Below are positions 26,936 through 40,534 of a stretch of DNA of 64,000 bases, in pieces. The stretch spans positions 23,066,001-23,130,000 of the forward strand of contig NC_087250.1 in the NCBI RefSeq assembly GCF_037042905.1, written 5' to 3'. The number at the start of each line of letters is the position of its first letter. Positions within the stretch are counted from its first letter, which is position 1. Position numbers and translations under genes: made by a program. Source of the stretch: Lytechinus pictus. Its lineage: Eukaryota. The notes under the pieces were generated by a model. It worked only from the letters and a program-made list of their open reading frames with translations. It did not search any database and was not told the DNA's origin.

Positions 26936-29900
26936 TTAAGTAAAATTCCTAAAGAAAAAAATTATGACATTGATGGATTTCCATATATTTGAGATTGATC
27001 GGATCAATCGTAACTCTTTGTAAGACGGGGCCCAGGGTTTTATACAGATCTGGGGAGCGTTTCATGAAAGGACTTGTCAGACGTTTTATCCGACAAGTAC
27101 TGTTTTATCCGACAGTTACTATAGCAACCCTGCCTCTCGGCCAATCATAATCGAGGAAAGTTGTCAGACTTGACAACTTGTCGGACGAAAATGTTAATGA
27201 CACGCTCCCCAGTGGTACGCCATTGAAGACAAAATTGTGTTTTGCCGCCAAAAGAGGGATTTGAAGGGGGTAAAAAAAATCAAAACTCACAGGGAAAATG
27301 GAATATTATAGAATTAGTGGAACGAGGATCTTCCCTCCCCATCAACATGACCAAGAAGATGAGTGGACTGGCGGTGTCACGCGCGTAAAACATTCCCCGT
27401 AGACTTGTGTCTTAAATGGCACTTTTGAAAAATTCATAAAAAATAAACGTGAAATTAGAGGGTCGAATGTTTACTACCATTGGATAGGGTATATATCTGA
27501 CATCCGATATCTGACCAGAGAAGGGTATCGTAGCCAGCCCATTTTAAAAATAAATCGCCATTCGTGAAGATAACTATGATAGGATCAAATTTATCAACTG
27601 AAACAGTAAAATATAGACCTAATTCTTCCGCCAGTCAAAAAACAGTTCCAAAGTCGTTTTATATCTTCCCAATTTGGACAAAGGAAGTTCAGTAGTTACC
27701 ATTTCCAGAATCAGTGTTAGATTTGTCAATCAGCAATATCAAATTGAAAACAAATCGAATGGGTTGGGTCGAACGAATATCTTTAGCCCTCCTATTATAA
27801 TTAGGCTCATGGAACCTGGCGCTGATTAGAGTCAAATTACACAAAATGTTAGCGATTAATCGCAAACATGATGTTTACAATTAACCGTACATTGTAGTCA
27901 ATGCAATTAATCGCAAAAAAATCTACGATGATTGATAAGCTTTTTGAAACCGGCCTCCATGTTTCAGAATGATATCAGACTCGTTCGAGTTTACTCAGGA
28001 GTGGATTTTACATCTAAGGTGTACAGATACAATAAAAATCACGATATCAAAGCATATTAATTCTATAAAACAAAAGTTCAGGTCGGGACCTAACGGAGAA
28101 ATATCCAAGGTAAATTTTTGTTTTACACCTTTGTTTTGTCTTCCCCCAAATCAAATATACAATAACAATATGAGTCCCATAAGCAAATTATACAATCATG
28201 TAAAACAGGTATCATGAGTTAATGACAGAATATTGTACAACGATCATTCAGAATGAATAATAGAAAATGATAACGAAAAGCATGTAACCTGTCGCCAAAA
28301 CATATTGAAATTTATAAGAAACTGAAATAACTTACTTTTTCACATGGCTAACCACTATAGCTTTATCATTGAAAAAAATGATATGTTATTGCTCAACCAT
28401 TAGGCTAGGAAACTAGAAATTGTTGTCAAAATGTCCCGTACGACACGTATGGAATCGCCCTAATAGGAATGGGTATATTCATCATCCTCATCTCCGGGGG
28501 AGCGTTTCATGAAAGGACTTGTCGGACGTTTTATCCTACAAGTCCTGTTTTATCCGACAGTTACCATAGTAACAGTGCTTCTCAGCCAATCAAAATCAAG
28601 GAAAGATGTCAGATCTGACAACTTGTCGGACAAAAATCTTGATGAAACGCTCCCCAGGCTTCTGCATTCCCCAGAACTCAGTGGCCTGCATTCTGAGTCG
28701 GGTTTAACTTAAACTCGGGTTTAAAGTTGTGGTTTAAGTATGGAAAGCCAACTGTAACATAAATCACGAACGGTAGATATATTATATTTCAGTTCATTTG
28801 GCTCTCAAATCATTCATAATTGTCTAGGAAGTAGATGATTGTCTTCACCATCGATGAAACAGAAAAGAGCACAGTAAACATAAGAAACATACACCTTAAT
28901 AACAATTTTGACACTTTTGGCTTCCCATAATTTGAGCACAGAGTTAGACCATAGTCTAAGTTAAACCTGACTTTAGAATACGGGCCAGTAAGCTTAATTA
29001 AAAATGGACGGTTCACCTTGGCGAAAAGTTTACAGTAAGAGTTTTTTTTTTTTAAAGCAGGGAGAAAATGTTTATTGGTGTAATGAAGGTTTGAGGAAAA
29101 TCCCTCCATGATTTAAACTATTACTAGAATTTTAGCTTTTCTTTTAAAATTGGCGACTTCAATTGCGAACAGCTTATCCCTGTCTTGACATTTTCTTTTT
29201 AAATGCATAATGTATGATTAAAAGTGGCGAAAAGAGCCAAAGTTTTGAGGGGGGCAGGTGATGTATCAGGCAAAATTTAGCTTTCAAAATAAAAAAAAAG
29301 TTGCGAGCGAGCTTTTGACATAATATTTTGAAAATTCTTTATTTCACCCTTCTCTCTTTTTTTTTTTTTGGGGGGGGGGGGGGGGGTCGTGGATTTTTTC
29401 CTTCTTTTTTTTGCTAGAGCAAGCGCCCCCAAATGATGATTTGTCCCAAAGCCCCCTTTCATTTTATTTGTTTTCATTTGTTTATTTTCTCAAAGAAATG
29501 AAAGTGTTTTTATTGTACTGTCAGAATACGAACAGACAAGTAATTTCTCACCAGCTCCTAAAAGAAAAGGTATTTCAATCATCATAAACCATCAATAAAA
29601 AGGAAACTTATGTATTTCATAATTACATTATGTACTCTCTTCTTATACTCGCCTTGTTGCCTAATCCTTCCCCCATTTTCCCCCTTTTTCCAGAAAAGCT
29701 TTAAAGAACAATTGTTTACCATAAATTCAAATTCGAATTGAAATTTATTCATGGCCAACAAAAAGAAATATACAATATGACGACGTTTCGTCGTATGACT
29801 GATAATTAACATAATAAACATAAGTGTACAAACAAAGACAAATTGATTGTAGACAATTCATAATTCATATATTCTAAATATAGATCTGAGGATATCTGGA

Positions 29901-30359
29901 ATGGGGGTGACAAACGTTATGCTTGATCAGCCTTCGAACATACTCAATTGCACGATTCAAATAATGTTTGATATCCGCTTTGTCTGTGGATAGTCCAGAG
30001 ATAACCAATTTAATATATTCGAGAATTCGGATATTATCTCGGCCCGACTACTCTTTCATCAGAATGGATATCAGGTAGCTCTGTCGAATTCCATCATGTA
30101 CTAGTATAACCAACTGGGTGAAATATTTTTTTGGGCAACTCCCGGATAATCATGTCTGGGTGCATGTATATCTGCTTGGATTTCATACATACTGAAATCA
30201 GTGATATATCCAGAGATTCAAAGGGTGTTTAGCATTACGAGCCCGATTTTCCGGTTATCATCGCTGTCCTATCCGATTGAATTTCGGATAGCCCTGTGTC
30301 CGGTTATTTGTATTTCTGCTTGGATTCCGGATTTTCCTGCACGCTGAAAGCAGTACCGT

Positions 30360-30432
30360 TTATTCGGTGTTCGGTTTGCTCTGGACGGATACATATTTGA
30401 TGGTGCTCTTTCTGTCGTCCCACTGAAGAGCG
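30360..30432 (-). CDS. SLC46-like MFS transporter, last coding exon
   Basis: ctttccttctacag| acceptor; (L)ALQWDDRKSTIKYVSVQSKPNTE*; phase 2 matches the previous exon. Confidence 0.8.
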
Positions 30433-30549
30433 CTGTAGAAGGAAAGGAAAGTTTTTTGGAGAATAAGTCAGGGAAAATATACAAGTATGATTTCAGCTTT
30501 TTATTCAATGTTTTATGGGTAATATATCATTAATATTTTAATTATGTTT

Positions 30550-30638
30550 TTTATCTTATTCTTCTTCTCCTTCTTCTTCTTCTTCTTATTGTTATCATTA
30601 TCATTATTACTATTGTAATTATTGTTCTTGCTCTTGTT

Positions 30639-30669
<31 letters not shown>

Positions 30670-30700
30670 CCATCAGCATCATCATCATCATCACCATCAG

Positions 30701-30746
<46 letters not shown>

Positions 30747-31335
30747 GTCGTCGAATCATCACCACCATCATCATCATCATCATCATCAGCATCATCATCA
30801 TCATCGTCACCATCAGCATCACCATTATCATCATCATCACCATCATCATCATCTTCACCATCATCACTATCATCATCATCATCATCACCACCATCACCAT
30901 CATCATCATCTTCACCATCATCACTATCATCACCATCATCACCACCATCATCATTATCTTCATCACCATCATCACCTCCTCATCATCATCACCACTATCA
31001 TCACAACCATCATCATTATCTTCATCACCATCACCATCCTCATCATCACCATCATCACCACCATCATCATTATCTTCATCACCATCCTCATCATCACCAT
31101 CATCACCACCATCATCATTATCTTCATCACCATCATCACCATCATCACCACCATCATCATTAGCTTCACCACCATCGTCATCATCATCATCATCACCATC
31201 ACCACCATCATCATTATCTTCACCACCATCATCATCATCATCACCACCATCATCATCACCACCATCATTATCTTCACCACCATCATCATCATCACCACCA
31301 TCATCATTATCTTCATCACCATCGTTGTTATCGTT
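30550..31335. repeat. (CAT/CAC)n microsatellite in SLC46-like intron
   Basis: Directly visible. Confidence 0.95.
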
Positions 31336-31357
31336 GCTATGGCCTACATCAACTTAC

Positions 31358-31514
31358 AGGGTCATCAGGACGGGGATGATAAAGGTAATTGCCATGACAA
31401 CAAAAACAAACCCAGATGACACGTTCAAGGTAAGAGGGTAAAGGGCGTTGAAGATCACAGGGGATAGGAGAGTCCCAATGCTTTGTATACATCCGCTGCA
31501 GGCGAACAAAATTC
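31358..31514 (-). CDS. SLC46-like MFS transporter, penultimate exon (last two TM helices)
   Basis: cctttcctatag| acceptor, |gtaagt donor; GILFACSGCIQSIGTLLSPVIFNALYPLTLNVSSGFVFVVMAITFIIPVLMT resembles the SLC46A1 GALF...IFNSLYPATLN...GF segment. Confidence 0.9.
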
Positions 31515-31794
31515 CTATAGGAAAGGAATGATAACAATAATGATGATAACTATAATAATAATAATCATAATAACAAGACACAGACAAAGAAGTTTTCTGG
31601 CTGTTCTAGGAGTCGAGGTGTCCTTTGAAACGATACAGAAGGCAAGCTAACTTGGAACAGCTCATATCCTATACGGAAGGTCTTGAATTAGAAAGAGAAG
31701 TGAACAATGAGAAGAGGACCCATTTGATAGAATATAGAACAATAACCCTAGACTTCTGGAAGAAGTCCGGTTGCTGTTTAATATACCAACAGAA

Positions 31795-33325
31795 CAGTGG
31801 CGTAACTACGGGGGGGGCATGGGGGGGCACGTGCCCCCCCAATCGGCTGGCAAAAAAAAAAAACGGGGAAAAGGAGAAAAAGAAGGGAAAAGGAAGAGAA
31901 ACGTAGTGGGGAAAGAATATATTATTGTTCATTATAATGTTATATCATATTGTGTTATATTACATAAGAAGCATTTTTTCATGACTTTATGAAACATTAT
32001 TTGCTTCATTGTGTCTTCATTGTTCCTGGTGCTCGCATAGACTGTTTAACGAGATATATAATCCTGTTGTACTAAAACCTCCCGTTTTCAAATCAATATA
32101 CAACAAATATATTTTTCCTCGCAATTCGAGTTATTATTGTTTTATGTAGTGACATATTCTTCTTTTTCATGACTACTTAAAGTGATTGCCCTATTTTAAG
32201 GTCTTAATATAAAACATTTCCTGTCCGTGCTAACGTTCGCATTAGTGGATTGGGGAGATTTCTGCTCTTCATGAACTCCTAAAATCAGTCCTTAAAATGA
32301 CAATTTTTCTGATCTGAACATCAAAAATGTTCAGCTCGCGCTTCGCGCTCGCATCATTTGGTTAGTGAAATACGTAGGGTCTTAGTGAATTCCTACAAAC
32401 AAGCCTTAGAATGCCCCTCTTCAGGCCTGAATTTCCTAAATTTTCAGCTCGCGCTTCGCGCTCGTAGTATTTGATTAGTGAGATGCGTATGATAATCATG
32501 ATTACAATGATTTCAAAAAGTGCTTCATGTGTTTAGATGTAATTCTAATTTCTAACAAAATCAGCAAGCGCTTGGCACTCGCATTAGATGACTATGGTGA
32601 GATATGTATACTCTTAATGGATTCCTAAAAAACATAGTCCTTAAAATATCCATGTTTAGGGTCGATATATACAAAATTTTCAGCTTGCGCTTCGCGCTCG
32701 CATTATTTGGTTAGTGAAATACGTACGGTCTTAGGGAATTCCTACAAACAAGCCTTAGAATGCATCTCTTCAGGTCTGAATTTCCTAAATTTTCAGCTAG
32801 CGCTTCGCACTTGCAGTATTTGATTAGTAAGATGCGTATGATAATCATGATTACAATGACTACAAAAGGTGCTTCATGATCTGTGTTTAGATGTAATTCT
32901 AACAAAATCAGCAAAGGATGGCACTAGCATTAGATGACTATGGTGAGATATTCATACTCTTAATGGATTCTAAAATATAGTCCTTAAAATTTCCCTGTTT
33001 AGGGTCAATATATACAAAAATTTTAGCTCGCGCTTCGCGCTCGCATTGTTTGTTTAGCGAGACAGTTATGTATCATGATTACAAAAAAAAATGCTTATAA
33101 TGTCCCTTTTTAGCTCTGAATATCAAAAATTTTCAGCTCGCGCTTCGCGCTCGCACTATTTAATCAGTGAGATACATATCCGTTTAATGGCACTGCATGT
33201 CCTAAAAATATCTCTATTAGGTCAGTATACCTGACAACTGAACGCGCTTCGCGCGCTCCCTAAGTGACTCGAATTTTTTGCTGGTGCCCCCCCCCCCCAA
33301 TGCCGTGACCCACGGTACGCCACTG
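31795..33325. mobile_element. Non-autonomous hAT-like element with internal tandem subrepeats
   Basis: TIR CAGTGGCGTA...TACGCCACTG, 8-bp TSD CAACAGAA, internal repeats of cagctcgcgcttcgcgctcgc. Confidence 0.82.
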
Positions 33326-34689
33326 CAACAGAACATCAAGTTGTGGACAATGGAAATAATAATAATAATAGTAATAATAATGATAATAATAATAATGATA
33401 ATAATAATAATAATAAACATGATTGCTTATTATAGCGCACATCACAGTGATAAAATCACGTCACTATGCGCTTTAGAAGAAAAGAAAAGAAGGAAACAAC
33501 TGTTTACGGAGGAGCATAATGATGTACATGTATATCTTACCTTACACAAAGGAATGTCTTCAAAAGGGACTTAAATAGCTCTTCAGTATCAGCTTGTTTC
33601 ACAATATCAGGTAACTTGTTAAAAAAACTCGGGAGAGGACATTTTGAAAGGCGAACGAGAGCCATTGAATTGAGTATTAATTTTTGGAATTAACAGTAAA
33701 GATTTCTTGTTTGGATCTTAGTAATGATAATGATTTTGGATGGTTTGGTTTATGTCAAAGGAAAAGTCCCACCCCTATAAAAAAAGTTGGTTTGAATGAG
33801 AAGAAATATTCAGGCAAGCAAACATATTATAGAAATCGGATCATAAAGTCAGGTTATGACATTTGAAAGTGTCATTTATTTTTTCACATAACAATTATAT
33901 GCACATCCTGGGCCACTTAACACAAACACTAACGATTAATCGCTTATTTTATGTAAGAGAAATTCTGATTGGTTCCTAGTCAGTCTACTGAGCAAATTGC
34001 GCATGCAACGATGACCTTGATAGGTCATTTCATTTAGCGATTGATCGCTAACCTTTGTGCCACGGGGCCCCGGTCATTATGGGCTACACGGGCCTAAGTA
34101 CAACTGGCAGGCAAAAGATATTCATTCGAGCCAACCCATTCTCAATTTTTAAATTTGATATTGCTGATTGATAAAAATGAATAAGATTGATAATCTAACA
34201 CTGATTCGAGGGAGGGTAACTTTACTGAACTTCTTTTTATTCCAAATTGGGAAGATTCATCACCACTTTAGAATTATTTTTTAATGGCGGAAGAATTAGG
34301 GTCATTTTACTGTCCCAAGTGATGAATTTCTTCTTCTTCATCTCCTATTTTTTGCCACTGCTTTAATTTGGAGCCTTCTTTGAGAGCATGATCCTGTCAG
34401 GTATAGTCTTTTTAAATGCTTTTTTTTAATGAGCCGGTAGAGGAACCCTTTTCTGGTCAGATATGGATATCAGCCATAATGATTATCCTATCCACTGGTA
34501 GTAAACATTCAACCCTCGAATTTCATCCTTATTTTATGAAGTTTTTTAAAGTGCCACTTTAACACAAGAGTCTATGGGAAATGTTTTAGGCCTGTGAAAC
34601 CTATGCTCATGTTGGGTGCGATGACGTTAACCAGTATAAAGAAAAACAAGTAGAAAAAGAAGAATATTGATTTTGTGTACTCTTCTTAC

Positions 34690-34773
34690 CTTGTTCGTCC
34701 GGTCCAATCAGTTTTGACATCTTTGCTCTGCAAATTGGCATCGCAAGCATACGCAGTGCACCAACGGCAGTGA
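34690..34773 (-). CDS. SLC46-like MFS transporter, 84-bp exon
   Basis: ttcctactccag| acceptor, |gtaaga donor; VTAVGALRMLAMPICRAKMSKLIGPDEQG matches the SLC46 RAKLSKL...EQG motif; the 28-codon size matches SLC46A1 exon 3. Confidence 0.9.
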
Positions 34774-36290
34774 CTGGAGTAGGAAAAAAACACAAAAACA
34801 ATATATTTACATACAAATAATATGATTGTGGAGATAGCCCCCCCCCCCCTTCCCTCCTCCCTCCCCGAAACGTTCCACAACCAGTAAACATTGTTTCTTG
34901 CCAAACAATACACTCGTACGGCCTCATATTGGTGAACAAAGCAAGCTTGCATTAGGTAAACAAATGATTGGATTTGATATGACTTATGTTGTATTTTCTT
35001 CTGCATCAGGTCTGTTCGGCATAACAAAATTACTATACCGCAACATTATTTAACAAAGAAATTTTGACAAAAAATCGAGTAAAAAAATCATCAAAGAAAA
35101 ATCTCTTGCGGAAGACGGATTGTCATTTTCAGCAAATATTCTTAAGAATATGACAAACCAATCGTATTAAACAAGTATTATGGATAGCTATAAATATGTG
35201 TGAAATATTAAGTGTTATAAACTCATAAAATAGCATTAAGCCTAATAAGACTGGGGGCTGAATAAGCCACCCCACTTCAACATTTCCGCGCAAATTTTTT
35301 TTGACCGCGTCGCTTGCTGACTTTTTACTTTCAACTTTTTGAGACCAAAATTGCGACCCCGTGGACGCGGTTCCAAAACTACACAACATTTCGTAAGTGT
35401 ATATGCAGACCCAAAATTGCTGAACAACGTAAATTTGTGTTCAAATCTAATGCAAATAGTGTCTTTAGCGGCCGAGATCATAAGGGGGGGGCTGAATCAG
35501 CCCCCGTCTTCTTAGGCGTTGAAATAGCCCAGTCTATTCATTTATTAATTATTTATATTAAAACATCTTTCAACAGGATAAAACCTTAATCAGCTCGCAG
35601 GCTGTTTCACATAATGGTCCTACATAAAGAGAAAAATACACACATTAAAAGGAAAGATTACAAATAATTACGAATAATTATATACAGCAAAACTCAAGTT
35701 CAAATAATTAATACTAAAAGTGAAACGTCAGGGGGACAAACAGTAAGATTTAGCTTATAGGAAGATAACAAAGTGAAGGAAAGGAAATAGGTTTTATACA
35801 TCGATATGAAATCATGGCTTTTCGACATGCAGTCTTCGGAGTAAAATCGCATAAATAATCAGAGAGATTCAATGCGCCATGTTTTGATTTAAAGGGAGAG
35901 TGAACAGTGTGTGGTCTCTCATTCACTGTAAATACATAGTCTTAAAATATACATTTTCAGACTTCTACCTACATGTATGTTTTAGAGAATACATTGAACT
36001 ATAATTCTATTTGTATAGAAAAACTAAAATGTTTTCAGAGGAAAGTAATTGTTTTGCTACTTGGTAACATAATTATTGCAGTATAAATGTATTGAGTAGT
36101 TAACAAGCATGTTATCATTCAAGTGGGTCTGTATTACTAGACTACACTAGAATTATGGTAAACAATACTGGCCAGGTACGAGTAGTTGAGGACTCGAGAT
36201 GGCGCTATTGGTTCGTATCTGCTGTAAAGGGCTTTTTCGTAAATAGTAGTTATTTAGCAGTAACTACTTTCTGTTATATGTAATTCTTTT

Positions 36291-36407
36291 CAGAGCGTAG
36301 CTCCAGGTACGCTTCTGTCAGAATTTGTGTTTATTGATTCACCGAATCAGTGGCACAATTATTAAATAACTGGTCCCGAGACAGGTGTAGGCATAACATT
36401 AGAGTAT
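36291..36407 (-). ncRNA. Candidate Sm-site snRNA-like gene, degenerate copy (lacks GACUAGGUC tip)
   Basis: Hairpin - AAUUCUGA - 3' hairpin (CAGAAGCGUA...UACGCUCUG); TTAACT at 36449-36454 and AATCGATT at 36640-36647 sit at family spacing. The first hairpin folds better on the + strand, so this copy is weaker. Confidence 0.4.
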
Positions 36408-37372
36408 ATATATTAATATTTTGTATCATTATCAAAATTAATAGTTGAAGTTAATTTTAATTACGGTACTTTACGATTTATATTCAGTGTTAATTATTCT
36501 TTGATAAAAGGGCTTAAACCTAAATTTAAAATAAGGTAATATATCTTAATGTTATTTTTTTTCATTAATGAAGATAGTTTGGAGGAGAGAACATGGCATC
36601 TTAAATTCTGCAAACGAATAAGAGTAAGGCTGGTATATGAATCGATTATATGATTTTCTTTTTTTTTTCAAAATAAATAGATGATGGTTGATATGAGTAT
36701 TTACAAGTATGATGCCATGGCCGAGTTAGCCTCTTGTCAAGGCCCTTGTGGGTGAATTTATATCCTAATTTGCGAAATGAGTTGGGAATATCTGGGTTGC
36801 TGATGCTTGCCAGAATTCAACCGCCAGGGCCTCGATAAGAGGCTATGGCAGACATTGGCAGCGGAAGGCAAAAAATTTAAGGGGGGTCCACCTAAAATTT
36901 TGGAATGGACACAGGTAAAAAATTTGAGAAGCAAGAAAAAAAAAAAAAAAGGGTTACCAACCAAAATTTTAGGTGGGGGGCCACAAAAAATTTAGGGGGG
37001 TCCACCTGAATTTAGGGGGGACGCAGGAAAAAAATTGACAAGCAAAAAAAAAGCCCCCTAACAGACGCGTGGAAGTTCGGGGTTCGATCCCCGGCTATGA
37101 CACATAAGCCCACTAGCAAGGCATCTAAAAACAATATACAAATGATTAATATTCATGGAGCAATGCAAAATATGCTCATGCTATGCAGTGCAAGCTCGGT
37201 CCGTTGATTGTTGCTTACATACAACACGCGCGATGCAATCACGAATATTTTACTTGAGGTGCCTGCAATCTCAGTGCGCGCGTGCAATGGACAAAATAGT
37301 ATGGATCCAAAGTTGCACGGATGATGACGTCATTGTAAAATGGGCTGAATGATCGATATCCATAGAGAGGAC

Positions 37373-37535
37373 GTGCCGTGGCCGAGTGGTCTAAGGCGCC
37401 TGGCTATACATGGAAAGTCCGGAGTTCGATCCCCGGCTGCGGCAAGGCAAATCTACAATGCTCTTTTATCCTGCTTTCAAATAAATGGAAATGCTATATG
37501 CATTATTGGTAACTAGGTGTGCACTTGTTTAAAAA
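37373..37535 (+). mobile_element. Short tRNA-derived SINE family 'gtgccgtggccgagtggtctaagg' (copies also at ~39618, ~43450, 44852-45032, 49064-49252, 56341-56523(-), 58810-59441(-))
   Basis: A box TGGCCGAGTGG, B box GTTCGATCC, shared tail aatgctcttttatcctgctttcaaataaatggaaatgctatatgc + A-run. Confidence 0.8.
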
Positions 37536-39063
37536 TATATATATATATTATCTCGATGAGTCTATGTCGATATCAAACAACCAATCAAATGACAAGGATA
37601 TATTATCTAGGTGTCATAAAATGCGTTTTAACCTACATTCAAATAAATGGAAATTTTCATACATATTCTAAGTAATAAATTAGTGTGCACATGTCTTAGA
37701 AAAGAGAAGGAAGTTAATAAGAACAAAAAAGGGCTATTCAAATATGACGTCATTTCATTTTTATTTACTACTACCACTACTACTACTACTGTCACCACCA
37801 CCATCACCACTACTACCAGGGGCGGATCCAGGATTTTCCAAAAGGGGGGAGGGGGCATATTTCCCCGAGGAAAAATTTGACAATCCAAAAAAAAAGGTCT
37901 TCATTTTCAAAAGGGGGGGGGGCACACTTCTGTTTTAACGGCATTTTTACATTACATGCCCCCCTGGATCCGCCAGTGACGACGACTACTACCAGTACTA
38001 GTACTAGTACTACTACTTCTACTACTACTACTACTACTTCTACTACTATTGCCACCACCACAATCACCACCACTACTGCTACTAATAACAATGATAACAA
38101 TAGAAATAATAATGTTAATAATATCATGATGATAATAATAATAATTAAATAGTAATAGTAGTAATAATAATACTAATGATTAATAATAAGTTTGTTTATA
38201 TGGCGCGTCGCGTCTGTAAGTGCATCATTCCGGTCATCAGAGGCAACATAAAGGTTATTGCTATAATGGAATGGCCTATCAAGATCATCATTGCATGCGC
38301 ATATTGTTCAGTACACTGACTATGAACCAATCAGAACTGTTGTTTCAAAAGTATGAGGTAATCCGAAGTAGAGTAAGTCTCATCGTTGCACACGCATATT
38401 GCTCAGTAGACCGACTCGGAATCGATCAGATTGTTCTTTCAAATTAGCGATTGATCGCTAACCTTTGTGGTACGGTGTCAATATCCTTGCACGCCCGCAC
38501 ACAATGTGTACTCTCCACACCATGGGGAGCATTCTACCCGAAAGGTTTTCAAAACCCCACTGCTAGGCATACTACAGAGGCTTTCGCATCCACCGGGTAC
38601 CCATTTTGGGTTTATTTCCAATTTGTCTAATGCTAATTCGTCCAATTGCCAACTCGTCTACTATCATTTGGTCTACCATCAGTTCGTCCACTCAACACAT
38701 GGTCTACTTTCATTTAGTCTAATGCCATTCCATCTAATAACCAGTTGGTCCAAATTCGTCCAATAACCATTTAGTCCTTATACCATGTGGTCTAATTAAA
38801 TTAAAGTATTTTATTGTGCAAAATGAATGAAAGAAAATGGTAATAGACGAACTGGTGACTAGACGAAGTGATGATTGGACCAAATGGTTGTTAGACGAAA
38901 TGTTGATGGATGGAATGGCATTAGACTAAATGAAGGTAGACCATGTGGTGAGTGGACGATACACCTGGGTGGAGAGTGGCAAGGTGCGGATTGACGTGTT
39001 GCACAGGACAAAGTGGCAGGCGGACCATTGCTAAGTTGTGATATTTTGCTATCATCATGGCAA

Positions 39064-39196
39064 GGAGAGATGCCTAAGCACTACTCCATTCAAAATTAGA
39101 CATGACACTCCGTATCCAAACCAACCTAGTCAGAATGGTATACAGAGCTCGCTGACAGTGCTTAGCCGGCATGCTGTGTGACACCAATCAGGTAAT
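39064..39196 (-). ncRNA. Candidate Sm-class snRNA-like gene A
   Basis: CUCUGUAU-A-CCA-UU-CUGAC UAG GUUGG-UU-UGG-AUACGGAG hairpin, Sm site AAUUUUGA (39090-39097), 3' hairpin GGAGUAGUGC UUAG GCAUCUCUCC; CTAACC and AATCGATT upstream. 5' end approximate. Confidence 0.72.
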
Positions 39197-39504
39197 AATA
39201 TAATAATATATAATTAAATTATATTATTTTTAAAAGGTTAGCCTGCAAACAAATCTATTCTTAGATATGAAAGTTGGAGGATTAAATTCACTTTGACTGA
39301 AACATTTAAAATAAAAAATAAATATTTGTATTAATATATATGCATCAAACATAATTTTTTTAAAGGCATCCCCCTTTGGTTGGTAATGTTGGCACGAGAA
39401 AAAATACCTACGTAATCGATTCTGGATTAAAAAAAATAATAATCGGAGATCAAAAGAGGCAATCGAATAAGGGAAGATCCGAGTCTGCAAGCACAGTATG
39501 TGTG

Positions 39505-39620
39505 GGTGGGTGGGTGTACGAGGGTGTTTGGAGGTGGGTGGGTGTACGAGGGTGTTTGGAGGTGGGTGGGTGTACGAGGGTGTTTGGAGGTGGGTGGGTG
39601 TACGAGGGTGTTTGGAGGTG
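39505..39620. repeat. 28-bp G-rich minisatellite (~4 copies)
   Basis: Unit ggtgggtgggtgtacgagggtgtttgga. Confidence 0.85.
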
Positions 39621-40140
39621 CCGTGGCCGAGTGGTCTAAGCCTCTGACTATACATGGAAAAGTATTTCCCCTTCTACTAGCTTGTTTTTTTCCTCTCCTT
39701 TCCTTTAAAAACTTTTGTTCATTTGGGATGGATTTCCGTTAATCCAAGCTTTATCAATTTTCGCGTGAAACCAATGTTGACTGGAACTATACAGTGCGTC
39801 CCAGAAAAAAGGAAACCAAAATTCAGTGTAATTTGTTACCATCATAATTATGAATGTGCTTCATGAGATGTATATCTATTTAAAGATATAATTTCCCTCT
39901 TCATTATGAAGCCCATCTCAAAGTTCTTAATACACGCATGATTGAGTTAGAACAAATTTCCATTTGCAAGAGCAAATTAAGAATTTGAGTGAGTTTTTTC
40001 TGGCTTTTACTGTTATGTATTCGGAAAATAAAGTCTATTAATTTTAATATTCATTTGTTCATCTTTCATATGAGTCTTCGTGCTTGAAAGATTATACAAA
40101 TAATTAATGCACGTAAGCGCGTGCATGCAGGGCTGATTAA

Positions 40141-40534
40141 AGAGAAATGCCAGTAGTTGCAGTAAACACTGATTTCATGAGAAAGTCTGTAAAACCAGGC
40201 TTAATTGTCAGTATATCATCGAGGATCTAGATCTGGTACAGTTACACAAACTGAACTTTGTGAAATCTTGAAATCTACGCTGAAAAATGTTCACACTGAA
40301 GATCACCAACACAGATAGGCACACGTGGGACAGTGTATTATTATTGCTTGAATAAAGACCCGACGGAAGTGACCGAATCCGCGCTTATTTTGCTTATTTC
40401 TCAGCAATTACACAATTTCTTCCAGAATCCTTTGGCACATATTTTTTATTCATACAAACTGACACTTGGGTGGTCATTATATAAGATTCTGTAAAAAGTC
40501 ATTTTGAGATCGTTACCAGAACTGGAATTTATCT
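40141..40534. mobile_element. TTAA-flanked MITE (second Kolobok-like family)
   Basis: ttaa|AGAGAAATGCCAGT...ACTGGAATTTATCT|ttaa; shares its right TTAA with the next MITE. Confidence 0.6.

Noticed and set aside
30551..31419. Poly-S/H/I and poly-M ORFs
   Set aside because: Translations of the (CAT)n microsatellite inside an SLC46-like intron.
27378..34600. Inverted ~450-bp pair (~27380-27820 and ~34090-34600) as TIRs of a large element capturing SLC46 exons
   Set aside because: The copies are substantially diverged and I found no TSD; two independent insertions of one repeat family are more likely.
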